This document shows, one piece after another, positions 1-12,409 of a DNA stretch of 64,000 nucleotides. The stretch lies in assembly GCA_013265495.1 (NCBI GenBank), contig MU058844.1, forward strand, positions 6,509,260-6,573,259, written 5' to 3'. The stretch's first letter is position 1, and each line of letters starts with the position of its first letter. The notes beneath the pieces are model-generated. The model was not told where the DNA came from, did no database searches, and saw nothing but the letters and a program-made list of their open reading frames with translations. Origin of the DNA: Vicugna vicugna (lineage: Eukaryota). The translations under genes and the position numbers were made by a program.

Positions 1-244
1 ATATACAATCTATTATAATATAATAAAAATAAGAAATGAGCAAAAGTATATATCAATTTAAAAGAGCAATGCTGTGAAAAACTAGGTCAGAAAGCAAGAG
101 TGGTCCACCAAGCCTAGCCACTTAGAAGTACTTCCCAAGCCTTTCACAAGAAGAGCCTGGGCTTTTAACAAGGCTATTGATGGTCACAGGGGCAAAGTAG
201 ACTTCTCGAATGGGTAAAACTCCTTAGTGAAAAACTAACAGTTC

Positions 245-2040
245 CTATGAGGAAAACTACCAATCACTGACAAAAGATATCACAGAAGACTAAATAAATG
301 GAAAAATGTCCCATGAAAAATCTTCATGGATAAGAAGATTCAATATTGTCAAGAAGTCAGTTTTTCCCAACTTGATCTATGGATAAAATACAATTTCAGT
401 AAAATACCAGCAAGATATTTTGTGGATATCAACAACTGGTTCTAAAGTTTATATGAAGAGGCAACACATGCTGAGAGCCTACTTAATTTTGAAGGAGAAG
501 AGCAAAGTTGGAAGACTAACACTACCTGACTTCAAGATTTACCTATGAAGCTACAGTAACCAAGAAAACGCGGTAACAGCCAAAAATAAACAAGTAGATC
601 AGTGGAACAGAAGAGAGAACACAGAAATACACCCACATAATACAGTAAACTGATCTTCGACAAAAGAGCAAACACAACACAAGAAGAAAAGATAATCCTT
701 TCAACTACTGGTGCTAGAACAACTGAACACCCACATGAAAAATAAAATCTAGACACAGACCTCTCACCTTTCACAAAAATTAGCTCACTGACCTAAAAGC
801 AAAATGCAAAACCTTGAAACTCCTAGAAGTTAAACAGAAGAAAATCTAGATGACCTTGGTTATGGGAATAACTTTTTAGGTACAATACCAAATACATATC
901 TGTGAAAAAATTATTGATGAGTTGAAATTCCTTAAAATTAAAAATTCCTGCTCCTAGGGACACTGTAAAGAGAATATGTCATACATTAGAAGAAAGTATT
1001 TACAAAAGACACATCTGATACAAGACTATTATTCAAAATATACAAAGTATTCTTAAAACTAAGAGAAATGAATGTCTCAAAAATGAGCCAAAGACCTTAA
1101 AAGACATCTCACCAAAGAAAGGATGGCAAATAAGCATTAATTAAGGAATTGCAAATTATAATGAGGTACCATTAGCTCTGTATTAAAATGTCTACAATCC
1201 AAAACATGGAAAACATCAAATGCTGGTGAGGATGTGGAGAAATGGGAATTCTCATTAAGTGCTGGTGGTAATTCAAAAATGGTAGAGACACTTTGGAAGA
1301 CAGTTTGCTGGTTAACATATTTTTACCATTCGATCTAGCAATCAGGCTCCTTGGTATTTACCCAAATGAATTGAAAACTTATGTCCACACAAAAAGCTGC
1401 CCACAGATGTTTACAGCAGCTTTATTTGTATTAGCCAAAACTTGAAAGCAATCAAGATGTCCTTCAGTAGGTGAATTGATAAACTTCAATACATCCATGC
1501 AATGTAATATTATTTAATACTAAAAAGAAATGAACTATCAAGCCATGAACAAACATGTAAGAAACTTAAGTGCATATTACCAAGTGGAAAAAGCCAATAT
1601 GAAAAGGCTATATACTGTATTATGATTCCAATGGCATTACAGTCTGGGAAAAAAGCAAAACTATGAAGACAAAAAAATTAATGGTTGCCAGGGGTTAAAA
1701 TAGAGGAGGAGATGAACAGGCAAAGCACAGAGGATTTTTAGGGCAGTACAACTCTTCCATATAATGCTATATGGTAGATACATGTCATTACACATTTGCC
1801 AAAACCCTTGGAATGTAGAACACCAAGAGGGAACCCCAAAGTAAACTATGGACTTCAGGTGATAATGATGGGTCAGTGTAGGTTCACTGATTGTAAAAGG
1901 TGTACCACTTTGGTGCAGAATTTTGACAGGGAGGCTGTGTGTGTAGGGATGGGGGTATGTGGGAACTCTCTGTACTTTGCGTTCCATTTTGCTATTAACC
2001 TAAAATTTCTCTAAAAAATAAAGTTTATTAATTAAAAAAC
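245..2040 (+). mobile_element. Decayed LINE-1 3' portion (ORF2 C-terminal relic plus L1MC1-like 3' UTR)
   Basis: ORF2-like tracts (aagattcaatattgtcaaga; atcaaatgctggtgaggatgtggagaaa); L1MC-type tail (gtaaactatggacttcaggtgataatgatg...aaaaaataaagttt) ending in an A-rich run. Confidence 0.85.
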
Positions 2041-5000
2041 AAAACAAAGAGTTCCTGAACACTAAATAAAGGATGGCAAGGTAAGATGACTAAAATACTA
2101 AGAGTTAAGAAGGAAAACTCCAGTCAGAGCCCTAGCTTCAGTTGTTTCTTCTACCTAGACTGTAGAGTCAGGATTGATAAATCCAATTAATTAAATTTTT
2201 TTAATGGAGGAAGTGGTTCATCACCCCTCCACCACTCCAGAAGTAATGCGTTTTCATTTTCTCCTTACAGACATTTAATAGGGAAAGTGTTAAAAGGATT
2301 AGATTTGGTTCTTCAGGGTAATTATCAGATGTTTTACAACATTAAGAAACAGATAAAAGCTTAATGCTTTGCTAATAAAGAGTTTAGACTAATTAAGAAA
2401 ATTTGAACCCACATATTTTGAACTTTTTTAAGAGGCTTGGAGCTAGAAATGCTTGCCAAATCATAAACTACCTACCACATTTACCACAAAAGGTTAAACA
2501 AACAGCATATATTGTGTTTCTGGTTAGATTCACTTTAAGATATGATTCAAAAGCAGAATGTTACACTGAGATAACATTTATTCATAATAAGTGATGAGGT
2601 AATCAGAGGTATTCACCTCAAAAGTATAATATCAAATAAAACATGAAATCTTTAACTGAGGCTCTCTTCAAAGCAGGGGAAGGTTACTCTCTGAAATTGA
2701 AGCTGGTAATAATAAAAATACAATGGAGAATTGACTATCCATATTCCACCCTGCCAGTATTATTACAGTAGTAAGGAAGCTACATTGTATTCTAAATCAA
2801 TCTTTCTTCTTTCTCTCTTTCTTTTCTTTTATTTTGTTATGAAGTGAAACTTTTTACTAAAATTGTAGTCAATCAAGTAATTATTTTTGAGAGATGACAG
2901 GATTTTGGCAAACAAGGTGGATCCATCTCAACTTAGTGAATTCTAAATCTTTATCAAAACACCCAGTAAACTTTTCTTCAAGACACAACTGCAATGCCAA
3001 AATAACGTATTTAATTATAATTATAAAATGTCAGGTATGAAATAATGATGATTTTTGAGATGTAATAATAAAGGGTAATGAAAGTTAAGACTGTATTGGT
3101 GTTCCATCCAGCTTAAAAAAGACGATGATCTGATTCTATTACTGGCTCTGTTTCTTTGAATTAAATTTCCCAAATTATAGAAGAGCAAATATAAGCCTTT
3201 AATAATTTGATGTAAATAGTTCTTGAGAATAGCCAACAGTTCTAATTCTTTGGGCATCAAGCAAATTTCTATCTGATACCCTGGTCTTCAGAGTGGACGT
3301 GACTAGCAGAAGGAATGGGATGCGCCAGTGACAGGCACTAGACTTTGAAACAGGTGTATCTTACAAAGGAAAATTAATAACATATATTATCTTGTTATTA
3401 GTCGGATTTCTTAGGAGTTAGGTAAAGTTGATTTTTTTTCTTCTAGGGTATAATCATTTCAGTAAGCTGTTGTAAGCACAGAACTTTTTGCCAGGATGCT
3501 GGACCCACAGTGGTAGTCCAGATGCAGTGACCCCTATGAGACACTCCTGAGCAGCCATCTTTCAGGTCTCAATTTGGTTAAATGAGGAGGTGTCAGCAAA
3601 AGGAAGGCAATGCTCATGTTGCTAACATGAGAACCCCAGGGTCAAACACACCTACTCTTTTTCTTAGTCACTCTCTAAATCCACTGAGACAGGAATTCAA
3701 CCTAGATCCCTCTGTGTGACTCCAATCCTGCAGGGTGGTGTTTCTGAAAAGACTGTCTTTCACCTATTCCATCAGTGGTACTGAAGATGCATTTTAAAAT
3801 GCAGTATTCAGCTACACAAAGATCTCTACTGGTGGGTTCAGGGGAATCCGTGTTTTTAGTATATAGACTTTCTAGTGCACCTTAAAGAATAAAATCACTG
3901 CATTGGGAAGAAAGTAGACTACAACATGTTATGCTAAAATCAGAGATGACAGGTTTAAAGTTAAAAAAAATAAACACCTCTGAAATTCTAATCATTTGCA
4001 AATTGTCTGAAATTTACCAAAATACAGCTTGCATGAAAACTTGTAGCAAACTCTATATATCAACAGTATCAGGAGAATTTGCTAAAATAAGTGATATTTT
4101 GGTCTTGAGCAGTTATATTTCAGTAATATGTCACTGGTTAACATTGCCATTGGTTTTATATAAATGATATGAGTATTTCTTAGAAGACTATTCCTGTAAC
4201 TCTAAAAATTAAGAGTACATACCAAATATATGGAAAAAAATCAGTTTTCTATTCAGAAGTAATTGATAGTTAGAATGAAGAGTGATTTTAACTAAGAAAA
4301 TCTAATACAATCCAAGAGGCAAAAATATAAGAATTTGCTTTATCAGATTAAGAGACAGATCTGTATTTTACCACAAATATTTTATTTAATAAAATAAGCA
4401 TTTATGCTCCAGATGACCAAAGAACTGAAAAATTAATTCAAAGATAATACAGGACATTAGATTTGTTTCTATGTGTTGCAGCTGGCATCGTGTGGAGCTG
4501 TTGAGATATTGACACCAGATCAGCAAGGGGCAAAATAATCATTTTATCATCAAATACTATATTCTGGACATGGTTATTGATATAGATATCATTATGTACA
4601 ATATTTTAGCTACATACAATAATTCTAAAGAATGTGGGTCAATAGTCTTGAATTTTTACATTTGGATTATGCTGATGTTATATTCATCATCTTTATATTT
4701 AAAAAAAACCAGTTTATTTCAGTCAGAATATTTTGAACTTCTTTTGGATATAAAAATTTAGTTTGCTTGGATCTTTAAGAGTGTGACAATGTCTTGAAAT
4801 TTTTGAATTATATAATAAATACCTAGACTGGAGTTTGTGTTCTACTTAAACATTTTTTTATATTTTTCTTAAGGAACAGTAGTCAGATTTGTATAAGTTA
4901 GTAGTGCATGGGTTGAGCTTGAATTCAAATATGAGAGCCTATGATAAATATGTTAGGCAGTGCTGTAACGAGTTGATTCATGCTGGAGACGAAGTATAAG

Positions 5001-6699
5001 GACACTGTGAGATCTCAGCATTAGTTTTTCCAGCTGGGCTCCTCCTAGTCAAGGGCTGAATCAATATTTCATTTAGTGAAAACTTCCTGGTGCATATTCT
5101 GTCACTTAAGAAGCTCTATTAATCATTAATGAATGAAACACATTCCCAAAGGAAATTCCAAACTGAGTCTGTGGATTAAGTTTTAAAAAGAGATTTTTTA
5201 GTACATCAGTTTTGTTCGTGTTATCACTGGCTAGACATGAAAGTAAGAAGCCAATTGGGAAAATCTATAACTAATCCCTCTGTTGGTATCAGGGGGTTAT
5301 GTAAAGTTCACTGGAACACACTGGTTTAAGTTTGAGTTGATCCTTTCATTAGCAAATCTGTATTTTATAGATTACTAGATTTTAAACCCTTTAGATAAAT
5401 GAATCTCTTCTTAAAATTATAAAAGCTGTATTAGGTCAACTGATCTAAGTGAAATTTGATAGGCAAAATTTTCAAGTTGGTATTACTCTAGTCCAGAAAA
5501 GTTCATTTAAACACATAAATTGTAATAGCTAAATAATTGCACATATCTATAATATAAATACTTATTTTCATTCAGCATTGATTATTTCTAATTAAATATT
5601 TTCCTTAAGACTTCTAAATATACATAATAAGTACAGTAAAATGTGAGTATTTCTCTTTATATACTTATAACAGTTTTCTATCAATAGATTTTACAACAAG
5701 CATATTTTATGCAATAAAATAAAATGTTTATGCCTCCCACAAACAAAATAACAAAAAAATAAATAATTTCAAAGATTATTCAGGATATAGGTTTATTTCC
5801 AGTTGTTGCAATTGGCAATGTAGCAGCTGTTCAGATGGTAATTGATACCAGATCAACAAGAAAAGTCATGTGCTATTTGCCCAACACCTAATAGAAAAAC
5901 CACTGCCCCTAAAGAACTTGCTCCAAATAAAAGGCACAGCTGCTACTTTTATTTGTCACAGTATGCCAACTATGTAACTTGGTCTTTATAGTTACTTAGG
6001 AATAAAAATCTCTCTCTAAAAACAACCCATCAGACATTTTCATTATAAATTATATCACCTGCCAGGCATTCTTTTGGACGTACTTACACTCTTCCTTTTG
6101 TATAGGAAATTTCATTCTAAGATCTGGTTCCTAGAAATGAGGACCCAAAACTTGGGATTAGTGCTTTGAACCCAGTGTTAGAGAAGCACTGCCCCAGAGT
6201 GTGAGCCACTGCGTCTGATGGGGACCCCAACTGCTTCTCTTCCAGAAGAGGGGGTCTCTCACCACGCTGGCAAAAAGTCTAAAACATATTTACGTGGCGT
6301 ATTCACACATATGCACAAATTCTTTACATAGTTGTAATTTCTGATCCCCTTATGATTTGACATTAACTAATAGGTGACATTTCCTATAATAATTTGTCCT
6401 AAGATCAGTTTCTTAGGAAACTTGGAGAATCTGATAAACACTATGGTTCCTTAGGAGTCTAAGGACTCCAATTTTAGAACTCCAGATATGGATAATTGTT
6501 GCAACTCAACAATAACACAAATTGTCAATTTATAGAAAAGAACATTTCAATCGCTAAAGTATACTTAAATTCAATAGAAAACTTAGAGGGGCTGAAACAG
6601 GATTTTTTTCAAGCTTTTACACATACACGTAATTAAATTCAGTAATGTATTCTTCCAGCAAATAATTTTAGATGTCTAAATACAATGCATACAAGGATT

Positions 6700-6700
<1 letters not shown>

Positions 6701-6748
<48 letters not shown>
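6701..6748. repeat. (GT)4(AT)20 microsatellite
   Basis: Read directly. Confidence 0.95.
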
Positions 6749-6751
<3 letters not shown>

Positions 6752-6964
6752 ATTCCAGCTTTAAACTAGAAGGATCTATACAGTAATCTCAGGCCACTTC
6801 TACTACTTAATTTTACACATTTTTAATGCTTGGACTTTCATTTAATTTGGCTACTTTTCCCTAATCTCTTGTCACTTTTCCACTAAAAACAAGCTTTCCC
6901 AAACACTACTTTCCTTTTCACACAACTATTCAAATTTTCTCTACAGCTTCTTAAAAATCATGGC

Positions 6965-7585
6965 TCACATTTATTGAGTGTGCTATTTTCTAGGAACTAC
7001 TATGAAGTGCTTCCACGTGGTAACACACTTACTCCTCCCAGAGACTGTTTCTGTGCTCCGACACCCAGGTTCTTCTCTGTTTCCCAGCTTCTTCTGCAGT
7101 TGGTTTGGCTGTGTGACTAGTTACAGCCAATGGAGTATCTGTGGTCACTGCCACTCTTGAGGGCCGAGTGATAAAATGTCAGTTGTGCTTTGCTGGTGGT
7201 CTTTTCCCCCACCACAGTCTACTACCTAAAAAAGTCAGGCTACATTGAAGTTATATGACACAGAGCCACAAAACTGGAGCAGCCTGAATTTCTGCGTGTG
7301 CTTAGATTAGACAGGCCAAACTCACATCTGATGTAATGTAAACAAAAAATAAACTACTGCATTAAACCATAAGATTTCTGAGTTTGTTGTTGTGTAGCAT
7401 AACCTATGTTACCCTGATGAATACATTCTATGATATGGGTACTATTATGATGCCCAATTTACTGGTGAGAAACAGACATAGCAACATCAAGTAACTTGAG
7501 CAAGCAGATAGCTAGGAAGTGGTAGAACTAGATGTACACCTAGCAGTTTACTCACAAGATCTATGTATATACTCACTATGCTATG
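6965..7585 (-). mobile_element. MIR interrupted by an MLT1-type (MaLR) LTR at about 7040-7425
   Basis: MIR halves (catttattgagtg...; tactattatgatgcccaatttac...gagaaacaga) flank an LTR with cccagcttcttctgcagttggtttggctgtgtgactagt that ends ...ccctgatgaataca. Confidence 0.65.
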
Positions 7586-8204
7586 GTCCCTTCTCCATGA
7601 CCACAGGATAAAAGACATATTTATCCTAGCATGCAAAACCCTTGAGAGTCTGGCAATAATATATCAGGAGAAACAGCAGAGCACAATGTTGAAATTCCAG
7701 GCTTCAGAACTCCGATCCCACCCCTGACATCGACTCACTTCATAACAGGGCAAATAACAAGGTATCTAAGCTGCAATAAATACATCTGTAAGATGAGAAA
7801 GATAAATACAGAAGCCAACTCAGATGCTGTGACGTGAAGTAATATGTACAGGTACCTAGTCTACTCTGACACACTCTAAGTGTAAGCACTTGATTTCTTA
7901 TTTCTTTTCAATGTTTTTTCCCACTATACCCACTGCCCTGAAGAGACAGGCCTTCTAACAGAGCCCAATCGCGCCTTTCACATTCCCTCCATGTTTTGGA
8001 TATTTCCTCCGTCAGAAGTGCGTTTTGTTTGTTTGTTTTAGTTTGATCTTCAACCTTACCAAACTTTTGAGGTTTAACTCAAAGTTTGTCTCTTCAACAC
8101 AGGCAGTTTTTCCTGGTCACACTAAATTAAGGTAATATTTCCAAATTTCTAAAGCATATCTGTTGCCTACAATAATCATCTGACACTTATATTTTATTAG
8201 GTAC

Positions 8205-8420
8205 TAAAATCCAAGAGCACAGACTCTGGAGCTAGACTGGGATTTGAATCCTGGCTCTTCTACTTGCTGGCTGTGGGAAACTGGGAGGTTATCTAGTCGT
8301 TTTTGTAACTCAGTTTCCTGAACTATAAAATGGGGACACTAGGTAGCTATTTCATTAGGCATATTGTGAGGATTAAATGAGAGCATTGCTGGGTGCAAAG
8401 TAAATGTTGTATCAGTATCT
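8205..8420 (+). mobile_element. MIR SINE
   Basis: agactctggagctagactgggatttgaatcctggctct...cagtttcct...ataaaatgggga...gtgaggattaaatgag. Confidence 0.85.
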
Positions 8421-8624
8421 GCTATAGTTTTCATGGTTATCAATTTTTGCGTACATTTTCTATCTGTAACAAGGTTATAAAAATAGCCTGAAATCATGGG
8501 TTACATTGAATTTCCTTTATAATGTCCAACATGTTAGGCCACATGATATACACTAAATACTTGCTGATTGAATAAGAACCCATATATACTCTGGTTGGCC
8601 TAGTAAGAGAAAATCATGGATTTT

Positions 8625-8800
8625 TTTATGTTTACCATGTCCAGGAATTGTTCTCAACAAAATATGTGCATTATCCCATTCAAATCTAATGACTATCCCA
8701 TAAGATAGGTGCTATTATTATCCTCATTTTACCAATGAAGATTCAGAGCCATAGAAAGTTACTTGGCCAGGATCACACAATATGGGGCAGAAGGAAGATG
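8625..8800 (-). mobile_element. MIR SINE
   Basis: ataggtgctattattatcctcattttac...gaaagttacttggccaggatcacaca. Confidence 0.75.
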
Positions 8801-8814
8801 TCCATGTTTAAAAA

Positions 8815-8996
8815 CAGTGATTTCCAAGTTTCAGTGCACAGTGAATTACCCAAAGGGCTTGTTAAAACACAGATTACTGGGAATCAGCCTCTAGTTTCTA
8901 ATTCAGTGGGTCCAGACAGTGTGCAAGATTTTGCATTTCTAACAGGTTTCCAGGTGATGAAGCTGCTGGTTTGGGGAACACCTTTAAGAACCACAG
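8815..8996. mobile_element. MER5A-like hAT-Charlie MITE
   Basis: cagtgatttccaa...gggcttgttaaaacacagatt...ttgcatttctaacaggtttccaggtgatg...tttaagaaccacag. Confidence 0.8.
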
Positions 8997-10169
8997 CACT
9001 GGGTTACACTCTTCAATGCTACACAGCTTAAACTGCACTTGGAAACAGATGTTTCCAAACTAGAAGTTGACAAGTTCTGTCCTAAAACATGTGGAAACAT
9101 ACCAAGTTTCCCTAAAAAACAGTGTAACATTAGAAATTTATGTGGCAACTGAGCTTTCAGGAAAAAAGAAAGAAAAACAGATTTTCTGGAAAAGATGATA
9201 ACTCTTCTGCGATACTCAAGTTGTCAATGAGTAGCAAAGCACACAGGTGTTTGACTTGGTGTAAAAATGCAGCTATCTTCTTAATCAAAAGCCAATGAAC
9301 TAATTCAGGAAACCAATACGTCTAGAAAGACGATGTCAGAAGTTTTCAGCAGCCTCAGAGGGAGGGAACAGAGACTACTCCCTGATTCTCTTATCTTTTT
9401 CTACAGGCAGATTAAGTCAGATGTAGGAATTTTAAACATAATCAGATCACTGGTTCTATGTAAGATATATTCCTCTGAAGTCATCAGAAGAACAAGGGTC
9501 TTCACAGCTATGGCCACACATCACAGAAACCAAATCAGGGCAAAGAGTCAACTGCTTCTTCCCTAGGATCAGGGAAGAATTGAAACCTTTTTTTCAATTA
9601 ATCATTTCTCCTTGTCTGTATTTTGTTCATAAATGTATTTTCATTACTTGATCAAATTGATAAGACTTGCTGACTTGATCCAAACTGAGGATCCTGAAAC
9701 AGATTTTCCTACCTGACTTTTAGTAAATGTTTGCCTTTCTCTACATTTAGTGTGTTGCCAAACCCACCTTGCTAAATTAGGCTATAAGCCCTGGATTGTT
9801 TTGCCTTGATGTATCATTGACCTGATACAATACAAATGTCAAATGTACAATAAGTCATGTTAAAACATCTAACAGATGCATGCTGCAGGACATAAAGAGA
9901 GATAAGAGTTCAGGCCAGAATCATCACCAGGACCAGAAAACTCCAAAGTGGACATATGCAAAGTGTTTCAGTACCCTGGGATGATTCTAACCTGGCCCCA
10001 GTAAATGAGTAATGATCTGAGGATGTGTGAGAAAAACCACTTAAAGTCAAGGGAAAGAAGTGGAAAGCAAAAAGGCAGAAAAATTACAGGAACCCACAAG
10101 GAGATAAGAATAATTCTCATTAGCCAAAGTTGAAAGGGTACAAGATACACATAAGAGACATCAGGCAGA

Positions 10170-11280
10170 ATACTCAGAAAATTGGTGTCTTAGTAGTGGG
10201 GCTAAATTAGTATTAGTCTAAAAATTCTTTGGGATGTCCATAACAGAACTTAAAAGCAAGCTTTGAAAGTGTCTCATTAATTCCAAGTAACTTAGCTGCT
10301 GCAAGTCAGAAGTAAAATAGATGTTATTTAAAGGAGAAAGAAACCAAATTAAGAAATCAACAATATGAAATTGTAAATGTCCAGAATACAACCAAAATTG
10401 TCCAGGTATCCAAGAAGCAGAAAAGTATGACCCAGAATCAGAAAAAAATAAAAAAAAGATAGACCTCAAAATGATAAAGATAATGAAACTAACTGACAAG
10501 GATGTTAAAACAGCTATTATAAATATTATCCATATGTTCAAGATAGTTCAGGAAAATATGAGCATGATTAGGAGAAAAATGTTACAAAATAAAGGAAACG
10601 TCTAGAAATGAAAATCACAATATCTGATCTGAACTGAAGCAGTCTAGATGGGATTAACAGGAGCACAGACACAAAAGAAGAAAATACCAGAGGACTTCAA
10701 CGCACAGCAATAACTAGTTAAGACTGAAATATAGGCAGAAAAAAGAGCAGTAAATATAAGAACAGAGCAATAGTGACTTCTGGAATATATCAAGTGGTAT
10801 AATACTGGTGAAGGTAGAGTCCTAGTAGGATGAGACAGAAAGGAGGCAGAAAAAATATTTGAAAAAATAATGGCCAAAATTTTTCTAAATACTATGGCAA
10901 CTATAAATCCACTGTATCCAAGAGGTTCAGTCAATCCTAACAAGAGTACATCTGTATAAAACCACACCAAGGCACATTATAATCAAATTGCTGAAAACCA
11001 CTGATAAAGACAACACCTTAAAAGAATCGAGAGACAGAGGAATGAAGAAAGAATGTCCAGAGATTTCTCATCAGAAACAATGAAGGCCATGAGAGAGCAG
11101 AGAGACGGTTTTAAAGTACTGGGAAAGAGAGAACCAACTGCAAAGGGGCATGAAGTAATTTTCTGAGGTGATAAAAATGTTCAATATCTTGACTATGGTG
11201 ATTTTTACACAATATGTGTACTCATAAACAACACTGATTAAGTTTATCATATGTAAATTATCTAAAAAAATCTGATTACA
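10170..11280 (+). mobile_element. Old L1M relic (5'/ORF1 fragment joined to a short 3' end)
   Basis: ORF1-like accacaccaaggcacattataatcaaattgctgaaaacc (TPRHIIIKLLKT); L1ME-type 3' tract at about 11140-11280. Confidence 0.75.
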
Positions 11281-11878
11281 AAAAAAGGTGAGGGTCAACT
11301 TGGAGAAAATAGTGTTAGCATAATATGAGATATTCAGATTAGAGAAACTTTTCTCAAAAGTAAAATTCATTTAAAAAAATCAGAAAATACTTTTCTTCAT
11401 TTATATCTAGGTGCATTCCAAAGAGAGGCATGAATTCATATATGCTTATAGTGTCTACTTTAACAGACACTAAATTTCTCTTGTAGGAAAATAAAACAAA
11501 ATCATCTTACTGGCAGAAAGGAAATAATTTTAAATAGCACGCTATGGGATCTAAATGACTCAAAAAGTAATTCCCCAAAAACCGCTTTTCTGTAAATATA
11601 AAACCTAAGTTAACATCATACTAAAATTGTCACATCATCAATGGTATGGATCAAACTGTCATTTCAAATTTGCATTAGTTCATATATGTATAAACAATTA
11701 TTTTAGGCAGAAGATTTTCTTAAACTATTTTTACAAAACCATTGTTTCGAATAACTTTTAAATTATTTTTTAATTAATGTTTCCCAACCAATTAGTACAC
11801 ACAGAACAATTTTTATCAAATTACGTTCTCGGCAACTATAATAAAGTATGTACTTAGGGTACAACAATGCTTCTTTAC

Positions 11879-11972
11879 CGCCAGTTTATTTCTTGAAGAA
11901 GTGGGTTTCCAGTGAGAGACAGTTCCTGGAGAGAAAAGCATGCCTCAAACCACATTATGGCACTTGTAAGAT
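11879..11972 (-). CDS. LRRIQ1: LRRIQ1 coding exon 13 (94 nt, DLTSAIMWFEACFSLQELSLTGNPLLQEINWR), last LRR and start of LRR cap
   Basis: tttcctatag|AT ... GGCG|gtaaag; phase 1 to 2; LxxLxLxGNP motif. Confidence 0.94.
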
Positions 11973-12134
11973 CTATAGGAAACAAATAATAAAAATTATT
12001 ATGAATGGTATTACAGGTAAAGAAAAACAATCATAAATCAATGATCATTTTGTTTGTTGGTTAGCTTATTAAAGAAAAGCAATGAAACATTTATCCTATA
12101 GACGTATGATGATATGCCTTTAAAAGGAGGTCAT

Positions 12135-12290
12135 ATTTAGGACACAGACTCTGCCGTCAAAATACATATTTCTACCACTTAGCAGCTGTGTGAATTTATG
12201 CAAATCACACAACTGCTTGATGATTCAGTTTCAAATCTATCTCTTAGGGTGAGGATTAAATGAGATAATGTGTGTAAAACAGTTTGTGCC
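12135..12290 (+). mobile_element. MIR SINE
   Basis: accacttagcagctgtgtgaattt...gtgaggattaaatgagataatg. Confidence 0.7.
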
Positions 12291-12409
12291 AGATTATAAA
12301 CATAAAATCTATAAAAGTAAAATCAAAAGTAATTAAGACAGTGGTAAAACTGAACATAAACCTAAATAAATTACATTTTTACTTTCAAAAGTAAAAATAG
12401 TAGGTCAAT

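Noticed and set aside
532..2014. ORFs of 72-108 aa
   Set aside because: Chance frames in a decayed L1; no intact ORF2
9590..9965. Possible old LTR fragment
   Set aside because: Could not assign a family or termini with confidence
10218..11370. Hydrophobic minus-strand ORFs that look like membrane proteins
   Set aside because: Reverse reading of A-rich L1 relics gives F/L/I-rich peptides
1..11878. Search for the next LRRIQ1 exon (rest of the LRR cap)
   Set aside because: No phase-2 exon with a fitting peptide found by eye; a missed small exon cannot be excluded
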